Below are positions 58,035 through 64,000 of a stretch of 64,000 nt of DNA, one piece after another. The position numbers and the translations under genes are program-made. The stretch comes from Candidatus Saccharimonadales bacterium (GTDB lineage Bacteria; Patescibacteriota; Saccharimonadia; Saccharimonadales; UBA7683). A model generated the notes under the pieces. The model was not told where the DNA came from, did no database searches, and saw only the letters and a list, made by a program, of their open reading frames with translations. The DNA is taken from contig JAXMAA010000001.1 of the NCBI GenBank assembly GCA_046350615.1, forward strand, positions 268,263-332,262, given 5' to 3'. Within the stretch, counting starts at the first letter, position 1. Every line of letters starts with the position of its first letter.

Positions 58035-58466
58035 TTAGGTTCGTTCTTTTACTCGTTGCTCCGGGGTTTCGTTTGGACGCGAGTAATCATCTTCAAGGCG
58101 CCAGGTAGTACCCTTTTCTGGGGTAGATACTTCAATAATATCGCAATTCGTTATGCCAACTAGTCGGTGTTTTTGGCCAAGCTTGGTACTGTAACCAACC
58201 TGTTTTTCAAGCTTGGTCTCTACCATCTGCCCTAATTCGTTCTCCCAAATAACCGATGCCTCACCTGAGGCAAGGAACCAGCTCTCCACTTTTTCGTCAT
58301 GCACCTGCAGTGAGAGCCGTGCACCTGCATTGATATGGATCAACTTGCCCATATATGGTGCGTCTTCTGGAACCCAATGTAACTCATAGCCCCACGGCTT
58401 TTCAATGCGTCGAATATACGAGCTTGTGGTGAAATCTTTAGGATCAAAAGTCGGCATTGTTTGCAT
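58035..58466 (-). CDS. Cupin-domain protein (type II mannose-6-phosphate-isomerase-like)
   Basis: KPWGYELHW...LHINAGARLSLQVHDEKVESWFLASGEA is the cupin motif pair G(X)5HXH...G(X)5PXG(X)2H. Confidence 0.75.
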   Translation of the reverse strand: MQTMPTFDPKDFTTSSYIRRIEKPWGYELHWVPEDAPYMGKLIHINAGARLSLQVHDEKVESWFLASGEASVIWENELGQMVETKLEKQVGYSTKLGQKHRLVGITNCDIIEVSTPEKGTTWRLEDDYSRPNETPEQRVKERT

Positions 58467-58468
58467 GG

Positions 58469-59530
58469 TTATTGCAGCTCCTTCTTAAATTTTTCGACCA
58501 GTTCCACTGGGCTTGGATCGACATTGTTGAGAATGCCAAGGTAAGCGGTGGCAAAATCACCCAGCAACACCAGATACAGTAGCTGCTCCACCACAGATTC
58601 ACCGACAGCCTCGACCCTGTGTGCCTTGGGACGCTTGCCGGAAAGCAGTCGATCGCTTACCTCAAAACGCTTCAAAACTCTTGGATGTTCGAACGAAGAG
58701 ATCAGATCAATAACCGCAAAGGGTTTTTCGATTGGATGCGAACTCCAGCCAATAAATTCATTGTGATTAAACTCCGGCAACTGATTACACCACGCCGTGT
58801 TCTTAGCGTTCTCGTTAACATTAATCTTCCACTTGTACGCCGCCGGGTACGTTAGTGCGCCGCCGTAGATAATCGGCGTTTTGCCTTCCATCTCGAGCGC
58901 CAGTTGTTTCGCAAGATTATCTTTAATCGACACATCAGCAGCCCAGCTCTTAGCGGCGGCTTCGAGCGGTGCTACAGCGGCTTCGAGCTCGGCAAGCACG
59001 GTATCAGGTGCAAGCCCGGCAGCGATAAACAGCTCCACAAGCGCACGATACATGTATAAAATACCCGTCCGCGGCTGCGTACACTCAGGGATCTCGGCAT
59101 ACGGCAACTGCTGACTGGCGGCATATTCAAGCAGCTTCCCGCCATGTGCAAAAATTACCACTAACGCATCTTTCTCCTGCGCTTGCTCAAATGTTGCCAA
59201 AGTTTCCTCGGTATTGCCCGAATAACTGGCGCAGATCACCAAAGTTTGCTCATCAACCCATGCCGGCAGTTCATACCCTTTTACTACAACAAATGGAACC
59301 GATAGTGCCGGCCAGGTATGTGCCAGCTCTGCCACCAGGCTACTGCCTCCCATGCCGCTAAAAACTACCTTGGTAACTTTTCGGTCCAGTTTGATATCCC
59401 CCAAACCAAATGCGTGTAGCAGCTGTCGAGGCTGCTTTTCAATAAAGCCAAGCGCATCGCTTTTGTCCACCTTTGCTACTAATTTGAGATCGTCCAGCAT
59501 ACTGTAAAAATACTCCCTCTTGCAAAACAC
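58469..59530 (-). CDS. Bifunctional phosphoglucose/phosphomannose isomerase (SIS domain)
   Basis: VVFSGMGGSSLVAELA and ICASYSGNTEET SIS motifs; archaeal-type PGI/PMI architecture. Confidence 0.75.
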   Translation of the reverse strand: MFCKREYFYSMLDDLKLVAKVDKSDALGFIEKQPRQLLHAFGLGDIKLDRKVTKVVFSGMGGSSLVAELAHTWPALSVPFVVVKGYELPAWVDEQTLVICASYSGNTEETLATFEQAQEKDALVVIFAHGGKLLEYAASQQLPYAEIPECTQPRTGILYMYRALVELFIAAGLAPDTVLAELEAAVAPLEAAAKSWAADVSIKDNLAKQLALEMEGKTPIIYGGALTYPAAYKWKINVNENAKNTAWCNQLPEFNHNEFIGWSSHPIEKPFAVIDLISSFEHPRVLKRFEVSDRLLSGKRPKAHRVEAVGESVVEQLLYLVLLGDFATAYLGILNNVDPSPVELVEKFKKELQ

Positions 59531-59591
59531 TTATGGTATCAGGTACTATTATACTTGAACAACTAGAAATATTAAGATCACGGGTGGGAAC

Positions 59592-60203
59592 ATGAACTTA
59601 AATCCGCTAAAAAAAGATGATAATACTGATGCATTAGTGCAGGCGCTAGAAGATGCCAACAACGTTGGTGCCATGCAGCCAGGCATCACACCAAGTGCCG
59701 CACCAGATGACGCCGCTATTGCCGCCGATCCTCAAGTGGTATCTGCCGGTGTAAGTGATGGTGCAGACACCAGCGATGCTCCAGCTGAGCCGCCAGTCCA
59801 AGAAGCTGTGGATACAGCTAATTCACCACTGCCTGCTGAGCCAGCCGACCCTGTTGCGGGTATTAATTTTGATGGCAACGACATTCCTGTTGGCCTCAGC
59901 TCAGATGCCGACGCGCACCTCAGCCCAGAGGATACGCCAACTGAAGGAACGGGCGACAACGGAGAGCTTGATGACGTTAAGAAATCTGCACTTGAACAGC
60001 TCCGCCCACTTATTGAAAAATTAGATCTCGAACCAGCAGATAAGTTTGATAAGTATCTCATGATGCTCCGCGCATCAGATGACCCAGCCCTAATCAAGCC
60101 AGCATTTGACGCTGCTCAAGGCATCCCTGGCGAAAAAGAGAAAGCCCAGGCACTCCTGGACATCATCAACGAGATCAACTACATCACCGCTAATCAACAG
60201 TAA
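59592..60203 (+). CDS. Acidic Pro/Ala/Asp-rich hypothetical protein
   Basis: ORF with a low-complexity acidic N-terminal half and a helical C-terminal ~70 aa. Confidence 0.45.
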   Translation: MNLNPLKKDDNTDALVQALEDANNVGAMQPGITPSAAPDDAAIAADPQVVSAGVSDGADTSDAPAEPPVQEAVDTANSPLPAEPADPVAGINFDGNDIPVGLSSDADAHLSPEDTPTEGTGDNGELDDVKKSALEQLRPLIEKLDLEPADKFDKYLMMLRASDDPALIKPAFDAAQGIPGEKEKAQALLDIINEINYITANQQ

Positions 60204-60218
60204 AGTTAATAAAATTTT

Positions 60219-60812
60219 CTAGACATTCTTGATGTCACCGCCAGGCCCGTCAGCCCTAGGATCATGCTCCGGCGGAAAGTCGATGTGAGCAAGATATATA
60301 TCCCTCAACGCCTCTATAAGGGTCTCGTAATAGTCATCACCGGTACCTTCAGGTAGCATCTGACGGAGTACATTAAGGTGATGATCAAACTCGCCCAATC
60401 GCTGCACGAGCTGCTCAATCGTATCCTCGGGATTCGTCACCTCATCGGTTAAATCTAAATGCCCAACAGCTTCCCCCAGGAAGTGCTTGAGCCAATCTTG
60501 ACCGTCTAGGAGTTTGTGAAACTCAATCGCGTCGTTATGCGTAATTGGCGCAGCAGCGTTCTCACCTTGCCACCTCTCTCTTATCTCATCCATCTCGGCT
60601 GCTCTATCATCCCATCGTTTATGTAGAACACCTGAGGCGATCAATAACTGGACGATCCGTGGCTCCGCATCTCTGAGTACGATCGTGTTGCACTTTGTGC
60701 AGGTAAAACGATAGAAGCTTTTATCATCCGATTCTTTAGTAATAACCTTCATATCGTTATCGGTGACTTCTATATCACCGCAATCCGGGCAACTACAAAG
60801 TATTGTAGACAT
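60219..60812 (-). CDS. Hypothetical protein with an N-terminal zinc-ribbon (CxxC...CxxC)
   Basis: CSCPDCGDIEV...CTKCNTIV. Confidence 0.5.
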   Translation of the reverse strand: MSTILCSCPDCGDIEVTDNDMKVITKESDDKSFYRFTCTKCNTIVLRDAEPRIVQLLIASGVLHKRWDDRAAEMDEIRERWQGENAAAPITHNDAIEFHKLLDGQDWLKHFLGEAVGHLDLTDEVTNPEDTIEQLVQRLGEFDHHLNVLRQMLPEGTGDDYYETLIEALRDIYLAHIDFPPEHDPRADGPGGDIKNV

Positions 60813-61122
60813 AAGACTTGACCTTTGAAGTACTGATCATAACACTGATTATACTTTATATTGGTTACTATGTAAATCATATGATATTCTATAATTTATA
60901 CACCTGTCGTCTGTTTTGCCCATGGGCCGCCAAAGCCAGTACTAAAAATTCGACTGCGATGAAGGTTTAAGATCCTATATTTCACGTGCTTGACCACTTA
61001 CCGTTGCCAATGTAAAACGGCAAGAAGCTCCGGTTTCCCAGAGCTTCTTAAGATGTGTACTGAATCCCAGCCGGAGTTTATGCTCAACTTGATTGAGTAC
61101 GGGAATGACGGATAGGAGTACC

Positions 61123-62769
61123 CTACATCCCCATCATTGATGGGTCCATGCCGCCGCCAGATGGAGCTGCGGGAGCTTTTTCTGGGATATCTACCACTAG
61201 TGCACCCATAGTCATAGCCGTGCCAGCAATTGACGCGGCGTTTAAAATCGCCTCTTTGGTTACACGGGCAGGATCCACCACGCCCGCCTTCTTCATATCT
61301 TGTAAGCCCGCATCTGGGTCGTTCACATTAATACCTTGACCAGCTTTACCAGCCTGCACCTGTGCAAGGAGCGCCTGAGCATTCAGACCAGCGTTCGTCA
61401 TGAGTTGTACAAACGGCTGCACCAAAGCATTCTTTAGGAGTACCGCTCCTGCTGAAGTTGAATCAGTGGCATCGTCAGTAATTGTCCCTGCAAGATTGAC
61501 CAGTGTTACACCACCGCCAGATACCACACCTTCGTCTAGGGCTGCTTTAACGGCTGCTACGGCATCGTCTACACGGAACTTCTTCTCTTCAATTTCAGTT
61601 TCAGTCGCACCACCAACCTTAATCACTGCAACTTTACCCTCTAAGGCTGCTCTGCGCTTCTCGAGGTTCTCTTTTTCGTACTCACTTGAGGCATTGCCAG
61701 CCTGAGCACTAATTTGCTCTACACGAGCTGCTACGGCCTTTGCAGAGCCTGCTCCTTCAATAATGGTGGAGTTATCTTTATCAACAATAATACGGCGAGC
61801 AGTACCAAGCATACTGATATCGGCATTCTCAAAGGTGTGGCCTTGATCTTCAGTAATCACCTGCCCACCTGTCAAAATTGCGATGTCTTCTAAAATCTCT
61901 TTACGCCGATCACCAAAAGCCGGAGCCTTAATGGCCAAGGTGTTAAACACTCCCTTCAATCTATTGAGAATCAAGGTGCCGAGTGCTTCGCCCTCGACAT
62001 CTTCGGCGATAATTACCAGATCTTTTTTACCTGTTTGCGCAACTTTTTCTAAAATTGGCAGAAATTCTTGAACTGAACTAATTTTTTTGTCGGTAATCAG
62101 TACCAACGGCTTATCGTACACCGCCTCCATACGAGCGGTATCAGTTACCATGTAGGGGCTCACAAAGCCACGGTCAAACGTAAAGCCCTCTACTACCTCT
62201 GATTCCATTACCAGGCCCTGGCCCTCTTCAACGGTAACAACACCGTCTTTGCCAACTTTTTCAATCACATCAGCGATTAGTGCGCCAATTGCCGCATCAC
62301 CAGCTGAAATGGTTGCTACTTCAGCTACTCGCTTTTTATCACCAGCGATATCTTCGCGCATGGTTCTCAGCTTCGCAATCACTCCTTCAGCAGCTTTTTC
62401 CAGACCTTTACGCAGCTGCATCGGGTTGTGGCCGGCAGCAATCAGCTTGTTTGCCTCATTCAAGATGTGGTATGTCAATACTGTAACAGTGGTAGTACCA
62501 TCACCCGCTACATCGTTCATCTTGCTGGCCGCTTGCTTAATCAGTTCAGCTCCAACTTTGTAGCCCAAAGTCTCGTCGTCTTCTGGCAACTCAATACCCT
62601 TGGCAACCGTTACGCCGTCGTGAGTAACAGTTGGGCTGCCGAAACTCTTAGAAATCACCACATTTCGGCCTTTTGGCCCCATAGTAGTTTTCACGGCGTT
62701 AAATAAAATCTCTGCCCCAGCCAGTAGGCGGCGGCGCGCGTCTTCATCGTAAAATACTTTTTTTGCCAT
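61123..62769 (-). CDS. groL: Chaperonin GroEL
   Basis: MAKKVFYDEDARRRLLAGAEILFNAVKTTMGPKGRNVV...GDGTTTVTVL...AVKAALDEGVVSGGGV and a C-terminal GGM repeat. Confidence 0.98.
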   Translation of the reverse strand: MAKKVFYDEDARRRLLAGAEILFNAVKTTMGPKGRNVVISKSFGSPTVTHDGVTVAKGIELPEDDETLGYKVGAELIKQAASKMNDVAGDGTTTVTVLTYHILNEANKLIAAGHNPMQLRKGLEKAAEGVIAKLRTMREDIAGDKKRVAEVATISAGDAAIGALIADVIEKVGKDGVVTVEEGQGLVMESEVVEGFTFDRGFVSPYMVTDTARMEAVYDKPLVLITDKKISSVQEFLPILEKVAQTGKKDLVIIAEDVEGEALGTLILNRLKGVFNTLAIKAPAFGDRRKEILEDIAILTGGQVITEDQGHTFENADISMLGTARRIIVDKDNSTIIEGAGSAKAVAARVEQISAQAGNASSEYEKENLEKRRAALEGKVAVIKVGGATETEIEEKKFRVDDAVAAVKAALDEGVVSGGGVTLVNLAGTITDDATDSTSAGAVLLKNALVQPFVQLMTNAGLNAQALLAQVQAGKAGQGINVNDPDAGLQDMKKAGVVDPARVTKEAILNAASIAGTAMTMGALVVDIPEKAPAAPSGGGMDPSMMGM

Positions 62770-62825
62770 ATACTTACTCCTTTTCTTGATATCATTTCTG
62801 CAAAAGCAGAAATCATTATGTAACT

Positions 62826-62851
62826 GGATCCCGTATCAGGTACGGGATGAC
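62826..62851. repeat. Hairpin mini-repeat in the groES-groEL spacer
   Basis: ggatcccgtatcaggtacgggatgac: stem atcccgta/tacgggat, loop TCAGG, then GAC. Confidence 0.7.
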
Positions 62852-62859
62852 GAGTCCCG

Positions 62860-63126
62860 CTACGCGAGCGTTGCCAAAATGTCTTCTTCTTTAATGATTA
62901 GATATTCGACACCATCAACCTTGACTTCAGTAGTTGAATACTCCTTGTAGACAATTCGGTCGTTAGTCTTCACAGTTTTCACATCGCTACCGGTTGCTAC
63001 AACTTTGGCAACTTTAGATTTTTCTTTGGCGCTATCTGGCAGATATAAGCCCGATGCAGTTTGGCTCTTTGCCTCTTCAACTTGGGCAACAACTCGGTCA
63101 GCCAGTGGTTTTAGCGGTACACTCAT
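62860..63126 (-). CDS. groS: Co-chaperonin GroES
   Basis: MSVPLKPLADRVVAQVEEAKSQTASGLYLPDSAKEKSKVAKVVATG, including the GroES mobile-loop region. Confidence 0.95.
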   Translation of the reverse strand: MSVPLKPLADRVVAQVEEAKSQTASGLYLPDSAKEKSKVAKVVATGSDVKTVKTNDRIVYKEYSTTEVKVDGVEYLIIKEEDILATLA

Positions 63127-63151
63127 GCACTTCCTCCTCTTTTACGTTGAT

Positions 63152-63177
63152 GTCATCCTGGGCGAAGTCGAAGGATC
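63152..63177. repeat. Hairpin mini-repeat (AGGATGAC subtype) in the groES leader
   Basis: gtcatcctgggcgaagtcgaaggatc matches the 7580-7605 copy at 24 of 26 positions. Confidence 0.7.
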
Positions 63178-63245
63178 TAATCAGATTTTCAACAAGCTCA
63201 AAACAACGAATTACAAAAATGGTACCTCTATGGTACCGCATAAAA

Positions 63246-63272
63246 TTAGCACTCGCAACCCCCAAGTGCTAA
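63246..63272. promoter_or_regulatory. CIRCE (HrcA operator) upstream of groES-groEL
   Basis: TTAGCACTC-gcaaccccc-AAGTGCTAA: 17 of 18 matches to the CIRCE consensus with a 9-nt spacer. Confidence 0.85.
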
Positions 63273-63980
63273 TTAAGCTACTGCTGTTAGATCCGTCACC
63301 TCGCCTGTTCTATTATTAAAGAGCCGCTGCGGAACAAGTGCCATATTTGCCATCTCTTCTCTCAGTAATGCTATAGCTCCAAGACGAGCCTCTACTCGAG
63401 CCGCAAATGCTCTCATTATCAATTTTTCTGCGAGTACACTTCTGGCGATATGCTCCTCAAGTGCCTCATCCCCAATCTCTACGTCCGGAAAATGCGGAGC
63501 AATGCCCTCCGCTGCAACTTGGTACCACGCTACTTCACCATCTTCATTAGTATGTTCCACAATTACATACTCTGGTTGAGCAGCTTCGTCGAGAGAAGGC
63601 CGACCAGCCTCCCTGTCGGCTGGATTACTCGGCACGAATATACGCATTGACTGCCCGACGTGGGCAGCTTCTTGCACACCTCTGCCACTTAAATAAATGC
63701 CGAGTGAATGTTGCGCTTCGTCTCCTATGAATGGTAAGTGGGTGGTATCATCGATAACATATATGCATGTCTCTGTAGGCGGCGCTTCTTGTTCGGCATA
63801 GGTAGCCTGGGCGGCATCTTGATGCTGAAATGCTACTAGAACCGCTTGGTAGGCATCGCGAATAAACTTGGCGCGCATATCGCGAGCTGTTTCTTCAAGC
63901 TCAAGTCTAATAGTTTCGTTTAATTCGGCTGCTTCCATAGCATGTAATTTATAACATTTTAAGATGCCTATTGTCAACAA
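63273..63980 (-). CDS. Hypothetical acidic protein (235 aa)
   Basis: ORF only. Its stop codon abuts the CIRCE element. Confidence 0.4.
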   Translation of the reverse strand: MLTIGILKCYKLHAMEAAELNETIRLELEETARDMRAKFIRDAYQAVLVAFQHQDAAQATYAEQEAPPTETCIYVIDDTTHLPFIGDEAQHSLGIYLSGRGVQEAAHVGQSMRIFVPSNPADREAGRPSLDEAAQPEYVIVEHTNEDGEVAWYQVAAEGIAPHFPDVEIGDEALEEHIARSVLAEKLIMRAFAARVEARLGAIALLREEMANMALVPQRLFNNRTGEVTDLTAVA

Positions 63981-64000
63981 TTTAAAATGATGGTAAGGTA

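Noticed and set aside
1-64000. CRISPR arrays, rRNA genes, prophage structural genes
   Set aside because: No regularly spaced direct repeats, no rRNA-like conserved stretches and no capsid/terminase/tail-like ORFs were seen. The only integrase-type gene is the single serine recombinase at 54119-55453.

Overview
This 64-kb window comes from a compact, low-GC genome (roughly 45-48% GC) with a Gram-positive-type surface protein carrying a sortase signal (IPKTG) and many small housekeeping genes. The best guess is a Saccharibacteria/CPR-like episymbiont; that is an inference from gene content, not proven. Recognisable genes include an ABC-F ATPase, NUDIX hydrolase, truB, a PIG-L deacetylase, rpsT, holA, clpB, mutM, dut, polA, two sigma-70 factors (one is rpoD), dnaG, orn, a glutamate dehydrogenase, msrB, mscL, argS, rlmH, dsbB, an NDH-2-like oxidoreductase, groES/groEL, an ABC exporter pair and two tRNA-Ser genes.

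Five things stand out:
1. A family of about 26-50-nt hairpin mini-repeats with conserved flanks (GGATYCC ... GGRATGAC(GG)) and compensatory stem variation. Copies sit in intergenic DNA and also as in-frame 27-nt insertions inside truB, clpB and polA, much like Rickettsia palindromic elements.
2. A sharply bounded ~2.1-kb high-GC island (38440-40560) with two genes using actinobacterial-style codons and Shine-Dalgarno sequences. It is flanked by an ORF-free 0.5-kb region and a long perfect palindrome, and an LPXTG-type adhesin gene lies next to it. This is a candidate host-to-symbiont transfer, or an assembly chimera.
3. Three paralogous DinJ/RelB antitoxin genes. Two of the partner toxins are decayed: a YafQ-like toxin has an in-frame TAA, and a YoeB/RelE-like toxin is a remnant overlapped by a hairpin repeat. 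The third RelE/ParE toxin is intact, and that cassette is bracketed by ~80-bp direct repeats.
4. DnaG has lost all four zinc ligands of its zinc-binding domain.
5. A degenerate DHH (NrnA-like) domain is fused to a long proline-rich tail.

Other points: CIRCE operators precede both groES and clpB, and a large serine recombinase sits beside tRNA-Ser(GGA). No CRISPR array and no rRNA were seen.
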